Part shown: positions 12,361 to 23,689 of the stretch, piece after piece
Position numbering within the stretch: position 1 is the stretch's first letter
How the letters are laid out: each line of letters opens with the position of its first letter
Assembly: GCF_947242115.1 (NCBI RefSeq)
Contig: NC_074716.1
Coordinates: forward strand, 24,176,637 to 24,240,636
Direction of reading: 5' to 3'
Length of the DNA stretch: 64,000 bases
Origin: Biomphalaria glabrata
Taxonomy: Eukaryota
Program-made: the position numbers and the translations under genes
The notes under the pieces: model-generated
Databases searched by the model: none
What the model was told of the DNA's origin: nothing
What the model saw: only the letters and a program-made list of their open reading frames with translations

Positions 12361-13193
12361 GTAATCTGAATTTTTGAAGTATTTAATCCATAGTCATTTG
12401 CTCCATGTATATCCATTATTAAATATTTAGTGGTCATGTGGTTTAAATACTTGGCTACTGAGTCTTACAGTTTGCTGTAGATTTGGATTTTTACTTGGAA
12501 TTCAAGGCCATTTTGATTCCACTCAGTTCTGATACATACCTGATATACTGATACAGTGGATCAGAAATACCAGAACTAAGGCCCGCAGGCTACGGGTCAT
12601 ATCCAGCTAGTACTGATATAAAATTAAGACAGTTGGTCAATATACATGCCTCTTAACTCCCTTAGGTACACATAATTATAAAGCACACAAAGTTCCAACC
12701 AATAACTAGGAAGATTTCCTAACCTCACAACTAAAGAATGCTATGCCAAACAGGCAGATAGTTTGATGTAGTATGTTTCTTAAAAAGCAAAGTAAACTAC
12801 TACACACAGTTCTCTCTTAAATCTTATCCCCATAACTCTATTCAAACATACTTGTCTTTATATAGAATCTAGCTTAATAGCATATTACTCATTCAATTAT
12901 CTTCATCCAAACATCTTACATCAAGGATATTATTCTAGTTGAATCCAGCTTTGTCCCTCCAGGTCACTAAGGTTATCCAAGCACAAAATAAACATGACCA
13001 ACTAATTGTAACCTTCACTCCCTTTCTCTAACTCTTAATATGTTTGTTGTAGCATTTCTAGTTTTCAAAAATACAATTACAAATATTTGCTGTCACTTTG
13101 TAGTTGTAGGTATATAATAAATTCAATGTAGAAATTCAGAATTATATTTAAAGTATTTTTATACTAATTTGATTTTTTAAAATTTTCACACAG

Positions 13194-13268
13194 CTTTTTG
13201 TTTTTTGGATGGATTTCTTTATTGAAGTCTCAAAACCATTATCAGAATTGACTAGCAGTCAGTTTCCT
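13194..13268 (+). CDS. MAP3K5: ASK1 exon
   Basis: Acceptor tttcacacag|, donor |gtaagt. Encodes LFVFWMDFFIEVSKPLSELTSSQFP, aligning with human LVDFWMDFLVEATK..VRFP. Confidence 0.85.
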
Positions 13269-13355
13269 GTAAGTATAGTTTGTGTATGTTTGTTATAGCA
13301 GATGTCATTTTTTTTGTAAGAAGCTCATCTCATTACCAACTGTCTGTATGGCCAG

Positions 13356-13427
13356 GTACTTCTTCTTGAACCCAACAGAGAGTTCATTCCAAGCTACATC
13401 CAAATTAATGTAGAAATCCAAGAAAAG
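13356..13427 (+). CDS. MAP3K5: ASK1 exon
   Basis: Acceptor atggccag|, donor |gtaaat. Encodes VLLLEPNREFIPSYIQINVEIQEK, aligning with human VLILEPTKIYQPSYLSINNEVEEK. Confidence 0.9.
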
Positions 13428-13598
13428 GTAAATACAACTGAACATTGGATTCATGTAAAAGCATGATGATTTTTCATACTTTTTTATTCTTATATAAAAT
13501 TCATATTTGTCTAAGTTTATTTTAAAATTTCAAAGAATTCATTCTTAACCTAAGTGTAAAAGTACCAGATAAACAATTGTGAATTGACACTTTTATAG

Positions 13599-13687
13599 AA
13601 TGTACGTTTGTGGCATGTTTGGCAAGACCCTAAAGATCATCGTCCAAATGATTGGACATTTCCTGCTGAAACTATCAAAAGAGTCAG
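13599..13687 (+). CDS. MAP3K5: ASK1 exon
   Basis: Acceptor ttttatag|, donor |gtgaga. Encodes NVRLWHVWQDPKDHRPNDWTFPAETIKRV, aligning with human ISIWHVLPDDKKGIHEWNFSASSVRGV. Confidence 0.85.
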
Positions 13688-13913
13688 GTGAGATACAAAC
13701 TGTACAAATTTGACCTTTCAACTTGGTAATGCTCTAAGTTACTATTGGAAGATTTAGTTTAACCAATTGAGACTGGAGACTAATAAGAGATTGTGCTCCT
13801 TTATTTCATGATCAGTTTTGTTGTTCTTAGTTCATGACCAACTAAAGACAGAAATCTATTGTAACAGACAGTTTTTGTTTCAAACATTTATAGTAAATGT
13901 GTATTCTCCACAG

Positions 13914-14012
13914 CTTGTACAAGCGAGACTCTAGAGCTATATTCCTGTATGTTCAAGATATCTCAGATGATGACTATCATATTTTTTTCTCATCAGATGA
14001 CCAGGCTCAAAG
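13914..14012 (+). CDS. MAP3K5: ASK1 exon
   Basis: Acceptor tctccacag|, donor |gtagac. Encodes (S)LYKRDSRAIFLYVQDISDDDYHIFFSSDDQAQ, aligning with human SISKFEERCCFLYVLHNSDDFQIYFCTE. Confidence 0.85.
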
Positions 14013-15109
14013 GTAGACATGTTTAGTTTTTGGGAGATTAATATTTATCATAGTATAACTATTTCCCCAATCACATTTTTTTTCTAAATTGTTTATCTGA
14101 TATATATTAAGAAATACATTTTTGTGCAGTTCCTGATTCTGTTATAGTTAAGGTTACCACATGACTAGGAAATATGGAAATGTCTGAGAATTTTGTTGAG
14201 GAACAATTAGTATAGGAAATTAAGGAAAAAAATTAATTCTTGAAAACTGAAAATAAAATGATAACTTACAATTTTTACTGGTAAAAAGAGTAAACGTCCC
14301 ATTTGTCTGAAAATGTAAACCTTGTTATTCATTGTATAATAATCGGCATGTTGTGTTAGCAATCTCAATGTATTCACCTTACTGTGTCCCACCTCACCAT
14401 TCAAGTTAATCTCTACCCCCTTCTCACCAGTTGAACAAGTCCATAACATCATTTTTTAGTTACCCCACTTGCCCATCCCTGTCTTCCAGTCATTCTTTAG
14501 GTGTGCCTTAACTGCCCCTACCACACTAGGTTTTGGCATACCCCTCCCTTCCCAACTAAACATCAGTCAGCATCCATTCCTCCACCCCCCTCCACTTAAC
14601 TTGGGTGACACAATTAGATCTAGTTCACTCCCTTTACACCTTCAAAACTTGTTAATTAGAGTCCATGTTAGTAGCATGGTGACATGTTTTTTTCAATACA
14701 GTTTTGTTTGTTCTGTGTGTTAGTCCTAGTCTAGGTCTAGAAACTTAGATCCTTTATTTATTTATTTTTTTAAATGTTATTAAGAGGAAAAAAGCAGATT
14801 AAAACATGAAATCATGCAGGTTTTAAAAGTATGTTTTTGTTTCAAAGTCTATATTAACTAAATCCATATGTATCATTTTGAGTTGTAGTTGTTGTGTTTC
14901 AATAATTAAATCTACTAACAATCCAGTCCAATTAAAAAAAAAAAATCTTTTTTAATAAATCTTTGAACTTGAACATCAACAAAAAACAAATGAGGATCCG
15001 GCTCTACACTGACTTTTTTACTACAGCTGATGTTTTGTTTTCATATTTATGTACTGTTTTATGACATTTGTTTGTTTTACATGTTTCGGATGTTCCTTCA
15101 GAGTTGAAG

Positions 15110-15265
15110 ATAGTTTACTTCCTAGTCCAAACCTCCCGCAGGACGACGGGGGATGGGAGCGGGCAGGGTTTGAACCCTCGACCGTCGATAAATCCGAACG
15201 ACAGTCCAGCGCGCAAACCGCACGACCAGGCAGCCATCCCGACCAGGCAGCAAAGAGGCATGAAG
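15110..15265. other. GC-rich island with a B-box-like GGGTTTGAACCC (possible tRNA-derived SINE fragment, antisense) about 50 bp upstream of an ASK1 acceptor
   Basis: This about 150-bp segment has about 60% GC, versus about 30% for the flanking intron. It contains GGGATGG...CCATCCC pairing ends but does not fold as a canonical tRNA. Confidence 0.35.
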
Positions 15266-15315
15266 GTTTTTATATGTTTATAAGATTATGACAAAGCTCT
15301 CTTCCTCTTGGACAG

Positions 15316-15394
15316 ATTTTATAGAATGATGAGTTCATTAGCCACAAGTCCTGACTGTTTGAATGATGAAGATGACATTGAAGATGTAGTGGAT
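15316..15394 (+). CDS. MAP3K5: ASK1 exon (pre-kinase linker)
   Basis: Acceptor ctcttggacag|, donor |gtaagt. Encodes (R)FYRMMSSLATSPDCLNDEDDIEDVVD. Confidence 0.8.
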
Positions 15395-15533
15395 GTAAGT
15401 GTGCTGAACTGTCAATTTGAAATGTTTTCATTTATCATTCACAACTTAGTCTTCATTTTTTTCATCCTTTTCTATTCAACAATTTAAATTGTTATTCTGC
15501 CCATTGTTACTTACCATATTTTGTCTCTCCTAG

Positions 15534-15667
15534 TATGTCTATGATCTGGATGATAAAGGTAACCGCATACTTCTGGGTAAAGGTACATATGGTGCAGTTT
15601 ATGCTGCTAGAGATAAAAAAACACAAATAAAAGTGGCAGTTAAAGAAGTGCCTGAGAAGTATCACCA
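15534..15667 (+). CDS. MAP3K5: ASK1 kinase-domain exon (Gly-loop and beta3 Lys)
   Basis: Acceptor tctctcctag|, donor |gtaagt. Encodes [44 protein letters not shown], aligning with human [34 protein letters not shown]. Confidence 0.95.
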
Positions 15668-15912
15668 GTAAGTAGGCTTAGTCATTCTTTAGTATAATTA
15701 ATTCTTTCTGGTAAATAGGTTTACTTTTACCTCATAGGTTTAGTTAAACTAGATTTGGATTTCTTTTTTCAAATGAAGTTTTTTTTTTAAAGTCTTATAA
15801 TAATTTGTCTCAATTTATATTTTTACTTTTCTAAGTAAGGTAATATATATTTATATAAATATTGGTGAACACATGGAACTTTGTATAATTCATCAACCAA
15901 TTTGTGTTCCAG

Positions 15913-16040
15913 AGAGGTGCAGCCATTACATGAAGAAATAAAACTACATATGAGACTTAGCCATAAAAATATTGTCAGATATCTAGGCTCAGTGAGTGAA
16001 GAGGGCTATTTTAAAATCTTCATGGAACAAGTTCCTGGAG
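15913..16040 (+). CDS. MAP3K5: ASK1 kinase-domain exon
   Basis: Acceptor tgttccag|, donor |gtgaga. Encodes [43 protein letters not shown], nearly identical to human [41 protein letters not shown]. Confidence 0.95.
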
Positions 16041-16514
16041 GTGAGAATTTTAATTTCATTCTTACCATTCACATGAGCTCATTTGTGAGAGTGATTAGAT
16101 TCTGTTTATATCTTTTTTTTTCATAAATAAGCCTATTCATTTAAAAAAAACAAGGATTCACCCAAGCCTCTCATTGATCCTTACACTGAGAATCCACAGC
16201 CTAGCTCTTTGAAAATTGTATATTCATTTGTTGTCATTCTTCTGTTTCGTTCAGAGAATATGATAACTAAAACAATGTTCAAGTCACAGTGAGAGACAAC
16301 TTCTTGTTTATCAACATGGTTAACCAAAAACCTTTCTTTCATTACCTCACATTCCTGACTGCACAAGTATTGAGTACATGACACAATGCAAGTGTACAGA
16401 CCTAACAGTATCATTTGTATCTACAATCTTTCTTCATCATAACCTCTATACTTTTAGAGAAGATCTGTTCATTGCAAACTCATTTTAATTCATTACATTA
16501 TTTTTGGCGTACAG

Positions 16515-16618
16515 GAAGTCTTTCCCAGTTATTGAGGTCTAAGTGGGGTCCCCTGAAAGAAAATGAGCCTACCATTGCATTTTATACCAAACAAATATTG
16601 GAAGGATTAAAATACTTG
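16515..16618 (+). CDS. MAP3K5: ASK1 kinase-domain exon
   Basis: Acceptor ggcgtacag|, donor |gtaagc. Encodes [34 protein letters not shown], aligning with human [34 protein letters not shown]. Confidence 0.95.
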
Positions 16619-16755
16619 GTAAGCTTTCTTGTGGGCTTGATAAGAACAAATATACCACTTTGCTTTGCATAGATATGATATCAATTAATATCTATATTTA
16701 CTTATTTGGAACTAAAATATCCTTAAGTAATAAAAACTAAATGCTTATCTACCAG

Positions 16756-16894
16756 CATGATAACAAGATAGTCCACAGAGATATCAAAGGTGACAATGTT
16801 CTTGTAAACACTTACAGTGGAGTTTTAAAAATCTCTGACTTTGGAACTTCTAAAAGGCTGTCAGGGATCAATCCCTGTGCTGATACTTTTGCTG
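16756..16894 (+). CDS. MAP3K5: ASK1 kinase-domain exon (catalytic loop [11 protein letters not shown])
   Basis: Acceptor tctaccag|, donor |gtaagt. Encodes [46 protein letters not shown](G). Confidence 0.95.
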
Positions 16895-17394
16895 GTAAGT
16901 CAATTAGTTTTAATCACTGTTACTATTATTTGTTGCATAGTCTGTTATAAATTGTTATGCATCAGTTTGAGACATTTTCATTAATATGTTCTTTTTTTTT
17001 TTTGGTTTCTTTATCCTGCCTTTGTTCCTTTTTTAGTACTGTTCTTTATGTGTGAGTCTTTGCAAGACAACAATCTGGAGATTTGGACATACCTCCTGAT
17101 TTTGTTAAAAAATATAGTACAGGTCTTGATGAGGCCCAATTTGAATTGTATGATCCTGCCCTTAACACTCTTACATCCTTGTTGGTATTGTTTGCTCCAA
17201 CACTTCTATTCAGTTTTCATTTCTTGTCAGACTATACCATAATAGTCATGAGTGTGATGTTTATTTAAAGAGTTAAATTTACCCAAATATTTCTTTCTAA
17301 GTGTAAGATATAGATTTTGTTGTTGAAGCACTGGTAAAGTAACACTAATAATAGTTGATTACTTAAACACACCTTCACACACAAAATCTATATC

Positions 17395-17426
17395 TTTGAA
17401 AAAAAAAAAAAAAAAAAAAAAAAAAA
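17395..17426. repeat. poly(A) tract (about 30 nt)
   Basis: Homopolymer within an intron; possibly the tail of an older retroposed insertion. Confidence 0.8.
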
Positions 17427-17791
17427 ACAGATACTCACTAAAACAAAATTTAATGGGAATTTTTTTTTTAATAGAAAGGAAATTTCAAAACATACAGAAT
17501 AAAGCACCAGTTACATAAAATGAGTACACACACACACACATACAAATTCAAGAAAGAACTACAACCTAATGAAACTAATTGTTCTGCATAAAACAGTACT
17601 ATGAATTAAAACATTACATGCCAATCTTTAAGTTTTAAAGAAACAAAAAAATCATTGCCTAATGGTGACACTTCAACAACCTGGCATCACAATGTCCTAC
17701 TTTCAGATTTGCAGTCATGTAAAAAATGTGGCCATGATCATAGCTTTATTTATTATGGCTTTTATAAATATAATTTTGTTTTGTTCTAAAG

Positions 17792-17853
17792 GTACAATTC
17801 AGTACATGGCACCTGAAGTCATTGATAAAGGTATCAGAGGATATGGCCCACCT
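17792..17853 (+). CDS. MAP3K5: ASK1 kinase-domain exon (APE motif)
   Basis: Acceptor ttctaaag|, donor |gtaagt. Encodes (G)TIQYMAPEVIDKGIRGYGPP. Confidence 0.9.
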
Positions 17854-17990
17854 GTAAGTAAATAGAGTCAGCATTATGATATCATTTTATCATTTAGATA
17901 GTTCACATTTCTTTAATTTCTGTTGGATTCTTTATGTGTATTGCAAAATTTTTATTTGAAAATCTTATATATTCAAAATTTTGTTCCCAG

Positions 17991-18056
17991 GCTGATATTT
18001 GGTCTCTAGGCTGTACAGTTATAGAAATGGCTACTGGTAAACCACCTTTTATTGAG
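17991..18056 (+). CDS. MAP3K5: ASK1 kinase-domain exon
   Basis: Acceptor ttgttcccag|, donor |gtaact. Encodes [22 protein letters not shown]. Confidence 0.9.
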
Positions 18057-18405
18057 GTAACTATGAACACTTTTTTTAATTAGCAGTTTTGACAAATTTC
18101 CAGTTTCATGAGCATTTATTTTTACCTTATCTAATTGTACAATGGTGAGTCAGAAAGTAATCTTTTCAGCCCTTGCACCCAATTGAACATTTGGAAACTT
18201 ACACATGTTATCTATCCCATTTTTCTGTACACAAAATCTTAACATCAGAATGATCTTGATATTGACAATTTTAAGTTAAAGAAAATGCATTGCTACCCCT
18301 CACTTAACAGTAACAATCTTGATTTAATGGATGTAATGTTTTAGTCTTTAAAGCAGATGTAAATAGGGTAAGGACTAATCATTGAAAGTGTTTGTTGTGT
18401 TGTAG

Positions 18406-18506
18406 CTTGGATCACCAGAAGCTGCCATGTTTAAAGTAGGTTTCTACAAGATGCATCCACAAATACCAGAGTCCATGTCATCTCGAGCTAAAGAATTTTT
18501 GCTGAG
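18406..18506 (+). CDS. MAP3K5: ASK1 kinase-domain exon
   Basis: Acceptor gttgtag|, donor |gtattg. Encodes [33 protein letters not shown](R). Confidence 0.9.
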
Positions 18507-19403
18507 GTATTGTTGCATAGAAAAATCTGTTTTGAAGTAATTAAAGATACAAAAAAGATACAAATTGATTTTGTTAAACAAAAAAAAGGAACTCTGAAAA
18601 ACAATGTATTGAATATTGTTCTTCAACATTCTTGCTAAATGGATTAATTTGAATGTTTTTGTTCCTAATACATACATTACAATAAAGTAGATTTATGGCA
18701 ACATGGTCCAACTTTTGACTTCGCTGGTGTAATCCAAACCTATGGAATATTATAGCTGATAGTTTCAATGTCTAAGGGGCGCCTCTCTTGATTTTTCATC
18801 TGTAGCTTTAGCATCCCAAGGCAGTAATGATCTAAGATCAGAGTACCCCTCTCCTAAATAAATGGCCTTACTTGGCTGATGACTGAAGCACCTGGTTTTG
18901 ATGCCCTGGGTATTAGCTTTCACTACTTTACTTGTCAGCACTAACAGTTAGTTGGGTTTAATATCTAAGTCACACGAGCTGCACTTTGTTGTCTATGGTT
19001 ATTTGAGATGTATGCCATTAAGGAGTATTTTATAAACTGTAGCAGCTTACCCCTAGTGACACTCCTTGCTAACTATAAATACTGATAATGAAAAATTAAA
19101 ATGAAATTTTTGATACATTTGATTTAAGGGCTTTATATATATATATTTTGCTATTTGTATTTTGAGAAAATTATTTATGCTTAAGTTAATACTTCCATAT
19201 TTTTTGCTGTTAAACTACACTTTTACATTTATTCATAATTGTTTAAAATGTAAATATATGACTGTTGTTACTTAGTATGCAGGTTGCAACTGGTTTTGTG
19301 TAGACATGTGAAACACTGAAAACCCATCCTTAATCTTCTGAATTGAAGACATTGCCAATTTGTTCTACCTAATAGCAGAGCTGACATTTTTTTCTATTTG
19401 CAG

Positions 19404-19472
19404 ATGTTTTGAGCCTGAACCCCAAAACAGAGCTACAGCAACAGAGCTTTTGGACCATCCATTTTTATATGA
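19404..19472 (+). CDS. MAP3K5: ASK1 kinase-domain C-terminal exon
   Basis: Acceptor ctatttgcag|, donor |gtaatg. Encodes (R)CFEPEPQNRATATELLDHPFLY, aligning with human KCFEPDPDKRACANDLLVDEFL. Confidence 0.9.
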
Positions 19473-19730
19473 GTAATGACTTTTTTTTTTTGCCATGATA
19501 ATTAAAAAAAAAATAAAGAATTACTTATTACAATAAACTAGCAACTAGTTCCTTCTTGCAAAAATTCTGGTATGAAGCAACAGTAAATTTTTAAAGATTT
19601 AAGATAATATTTAAAATACATGAGAACTAGAGTTAGAGCGAAATAGTTAATATTGATTGTTCATCACATTCCAGTTACTGACCCTATGAAACATTTTCTG
19701 TCATCTGATTTTATTGTTTGTTTTGTTCAG

Positions 19731-19810
19731 AAATTTGGGCAGCAGAAGAAAAAGAGCTAGAAAAACAAAAGAAGAGCATGAACATGTTGACTTTCTGAGA
19801 AGTGTTTCAG
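19731..19810 (+). CDS. MAP3K5: ASK1 exon (basic stretch + first half of RSxSxP motif)
   Basis: Acceptor ttttgttcag|, donor |gtaattg. Encodes (E)NLGSRRKRARKTKEEHEHVDFLRSVS, aligning with human KKKKTQPKLSALSAGSNEYLRSIS. Phase out 1. Confidence 0.8.
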
Positions 19811-20199
19811 GTAATTGTTAGTATTCGGCTCTAGAAAAGTTAATGTAGCTGTGTTTTTGGTTTAAATTATGAATGTGATTAACAGGAATGTTGTACAACT
19901 TCATCACAAGGTAGGTTGTTGTTAGGCTATGCTGAGAAAGCTGTTAACAAACATTATAATCTATATTATTATAAGGACAAAATACCACTTGCTGATTTAT
20001 TGATTTTATGTACCTATGTAGCAAGAGATCTGATCAACTGCTATATGGATTCGCATGAAATTTCCTTTTATCCCTTAGTTGCTTGCCTGAACACAGCAAT
20101 TCGAGAAAAAAATGCAAGCATTCTATTCAATCTTTGTATTTTATTTTAGCTATTTCCCCATAAGGCAGTGTCATGTTTAGGAATTATTTGTGTTGTTAA

Positions 20200-21110
20200 C
20201 TAGCTGTACACAATTAAGGTCCCTTGGTTCACCCTGACATAGTCCACCAGATTCTGACCGACTGGCGTCACAAAGCTGCCAACCTCGGTAATAGTAAAGT
20301 TAGATCTCAGATAATCGCCAATTTGACAATGACACTGAATACTGTAATATATATTTCTGAGACCGCAAGCGACGCCCACACTAGCATAGACTTGAGCTCA
20401 GTATATACTACTCCAACACTGTCACCCCTAAACACTGGTCCAAAAATCCTACTGAGTAATAAGTCCAAGAAAACTAGTACAGACTATAGATATAATAACC
20501 TTTTATGGACCAAAACACCGTCCATTTCAACCAAACTCAGAGGGTGAACTGCCTCATGACAAAGAGTGACCAATACATGTCACCGGACTTAGTGACGTAG
20601 CAAAACAATTCAAAACACAAATACAGGGCACTCTCGCCCCAAACAAGTACTACGAGTAGAGGAAATAAAAAACAGAGTTAGGATAACTACGCGACAGGCA
20701 GCAGTCTACATATAAAGCTTAAGTGCAAATGTTTTAATTTCACAAAACAGACTTCCATATTTAAAAAAAAATTTGAAGCATATTTTCTTTCTTTTTCCCT
20801 AATATCCAAAATAGCTACATAAATGCATGTTTAAAAAGTTTCTTAAAACGAAATTGCAATCGTCGACGCTTTAAACAGTTAACTAACAAAAACAAGTTAA
20901 TATTTTAATTTCTTTTAATCGAAAACACCAAACATCTTTTTGGGCCTATTAAAAGTGGTATCTATGTTAGAGAGGGACCGTTAAAATGCCGGCAATGGAA
21001 GTGCACAATGTACAAAACTAAAGGATAGGAGGTTCCTGACAAAATAAATCAAATAGAGCCTGGGAACAAATCCACAGGCCTAGCCTGGGTATAATGCTAG
21101 TCATCTATAC
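20200..21110. other. Compositionally distinct (C/A-rich, CpG-containing) about 0.9-kb block inside an ASK1 intron; unclassified insertion
   Basis: It departs from the flanking AT-rich intron and contains GTGACGTAG and gtcgacgc. Its 107-aa ORF (20224-20547) has no recognisable domain. Confidence 0.3.
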
Positions 21111-21381
21111 ATTTGTTCAAACTTCTTTTAGCAGTGTACTGTTTTGTTTCACTTTTTATTATTATTTTTTTTTACATATGTTTATTTTTTGTGCCATTTA
21201 TTAATTAGTAACACTTAAATTTAAAAGCTTATGTTATGTTCAGTATTTTATTAGTGCTGGTAGATGTAGACCAAATTTCAAGTCTGAGCATGTTTGTGAA
21301 AATAACTTTTCATTGTAACTTGGCTGCCAACTTTACTAAAGACAACCAATAATGCTGTATTTAATGCTTTCTATTTGACAG

Positions 21382-21442
21382 AACCAATGGGGAAAGGTAA
21401 AAGCATGGATGAACTGAAACTAAGGATACCTAGAATCACAAA
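21382..21442 (+). CDS. MAP3K5: ASK1 exon (completes RSVSEP 14-3-3-type motif)
   Basis: Acceptor tatttgacag|, donor |gtgaga. Encodes (E)PMGKGKSMDELKLRIPRIT. Phase-compatible with the exon ending at 19810 and the one starting at 22446. The junction gives FLRSVSEP, matching human YLRSISLP. Confidence 0.6.
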
Positions 21443-21639
21443 GTGAGAAACTTTCAATGATGTATGGATAGCATCCTTATATAGCTTACATACAATAGTT
21501 CAAACACAAGTTCTACCACATTACAACTAAGTCCTTAATCTACTTCTGTATGCCTCAGTACAATGTAGCACAATTATTAGCTTTCATTATACTCATGGCT
21601 TTTACTATTTATAGTGTCCTTATACCACTTTACTTAATG

Positions 21640-21800
21640 GCCTATAGAAACAGCCTTGTATTTATTAGTTGATTTTAATGCCCTAAAGAAACAGGCTTGT
21701 ATTTATTAGTTGATTTTAATGCCCTAAAGAAACAGGCTTGTATTTATTAGATGATTTTAATGCCCTAAAGAAACAGGCTTGTATTTATTAGATGATTTTT
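21640..21800. repeat. About 43-bp minisatellite x4 (gccctaaagaaacaggcttgtatttattag(t/a)tgattttaat)
   Basis: Visible tandem copies. Confidence 0.9.
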
Positions 21801-22445
21801 CTTTGAAAGTCATAAGCTATTAAATTATTATTTTTTAAATAACTGAGTAGCTACTAAGTTTAATGCATGCATTTCTTTGTCTTTTTTTTTTTTTTTTTTT
21901 AAAGACAGTGAATTTTGTATGTTCTATGTTTTATATGTTATTCCTACAGGGGTAAATGCTTTAGGATTTCATTTTACTATTGATTTATCTATTTTTAATT
22001 GGAATCCTATTCAGTTTCCCATTTTATAATTTTGCAAGGTTAGCATGCATGCCATTGATCACACTCATTATATGAAATATACACTGGCTTAAGTGATACT
22101 CTCTTATAGTAGCTTCTGACTAAGTAGAAACAGGGAGCATACTTTCAATCAGTACAACAACAAAAAAAAGAACTCTTCTTTTTGAAAAGTACAATTTTTC
22201 AATATCCGTATTTGATATTAATATAATAATCCACCACCAACCCATCCCAACGTAATCATGTTTAAAAGAAACTTTCTTTAATTTCACTGTCATGCCTTTA
22301 GATTCATAAATCTGTAAAGAAAAATTAACATAAAAACATACACTTTTTTTTTATTTTCATTGGGGGTTGACTTCTTCAGGTTTTCTTTGTTGTTTATTTT
22401 GTTCCTCTATTTCCCTCCCTTTGCTCTGCTACTTTAATTGAGCAG

Positions 22446-22513
22446 ACTTCAGACAGAGCTGTTTGGTAGCCAGGAAAACCTTCGTGAAGAGCTTGATACA
22501 ATAGATGAGGGGC
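22446..22513 (+). CDS. MAP3K5: ASK1 exon
   Basis: Acceptor ttgagcag|, donor |gtgagt. Encodes (K)LQTELFGSQENLREELDTIDEG(R). Open only in this frame; phase consistent. Confidence 0.65.
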
Positions 22514-23662
22514 GGTGAGTATACGAGAATTATATTCAAATGTAATTGCATAAGAAGCCTAAATAAGTGTTTTTTGTCAATAACATTCATCACTGTGAGA
22601 TGGTAATCGTTTTGCATTGTTTAGCAAACATTCAGAAATATTAAAAAGGGGGGGGGGATGTTCTGTCAGTTTTGGCATGTTTTTGCATTGCTAAATGTGT
22701 TTATTTTTAACCTATGTTTTCCTCTGTAAACAAAAAAATTAGTTCTTACAATTCATAGTTGCCAAGTAAAACAAAAATTATTGAAAAGAATTAGAAAATC
22801 AGGAATAGGTTCAGTAACTTAGTCAATTTAAAAATGTTTGTGTCTATATGCTTTATTTAGATACAATGATTCTCAAGTAGTTTTACAAAATAAATATGTC
22901 TATTGTATTTATCCATGTTTGATACTGGCTCTACTTTAATTGCATGTAACTTTGGTTATTTATTTAGTTGTATTAGTTTTACTCTGTGACTTCTTTTTGA
23001 TTACCTTCCCTGAGATTAGTGGTAACCAAACACAAAATCTAAAACAAATTTATGTTTTTTTTTGCAAAACATTTATTAACACATATTTCATTTTCCTTTT
23101 TTTTTTAATAATTAAATTGATGTTAAAGATAAATAAATAAAATCATAATAAATTAAATAACTGACTTTTTAAATCAATATTTTGTCATATTTCATAACAT
23201 TTGACAATTAATTCAAGATGTTATAATATTAATTCCTAAAAACTTTAGTTTTCATTATTCCCTCAATTAACCACAAATCCAGCTTTTTTATTGGACTAGT
23301 TGAATATTATCTATAACAATGTTTACTGTATGTAATCATTCATTGTATGTGTATTACTTAATTTAGTGGTTCCCAAGCCAAAGGTTAAAAACTCTTATAG
23401 AACTGTTTTTTGGGGCCTTATCTAAAATGAATTGGGATGTGTTATGACATGATTAGGAATTAGTTATTTGTTTCCTTAAATGGTAATAACTTGGAATTTT
23501 TATAACTGTGAGTTTGAGAACCACTTGACCTCTGAAGAGTTTAACTTTTTGTTGGTTTCATTGCTCTACCTCTAGCTCTGTCAATGTTGTTGTGTAAGTT
23601 ACTTGTTAGTTCTGAGTGTTGTTGTGTGCTTGACCAATGTTTCTCACTCCTCTCTCTTACAG

Positions 23663-23689
23663 CAGGCTCCTCAGTGTCCCCATGACAAT
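23663..23689 (+). CDS. MAP3K5: Possible ASK1 micro-exon (optional; phase-neutral)
   Basis: Acceptor ctcttacag|, donor |gtgagc; 27 nt. The chain also closes without it, and there is no homology support. Confidence 0.25.

Noticed and set aside
15049-15291. Two overlapping 71-80-aa ORFs
   Set aside because: They lie in a GC-rich non-coding island upstream of an acceptor and are ORFs by composition only.
19886-19910. 25-nt candidate exon (acag|GAATGTTGTACAACTTCATCACAAG|gtaggt), phase-compatible with flanking exons
   Set aside because: Using it prevents inclusion of the 21382-21442 exon, which completes the conserved RSVSEP motif. It has no homology support, so it is kept only as a possible alternative, not as part of the main model.
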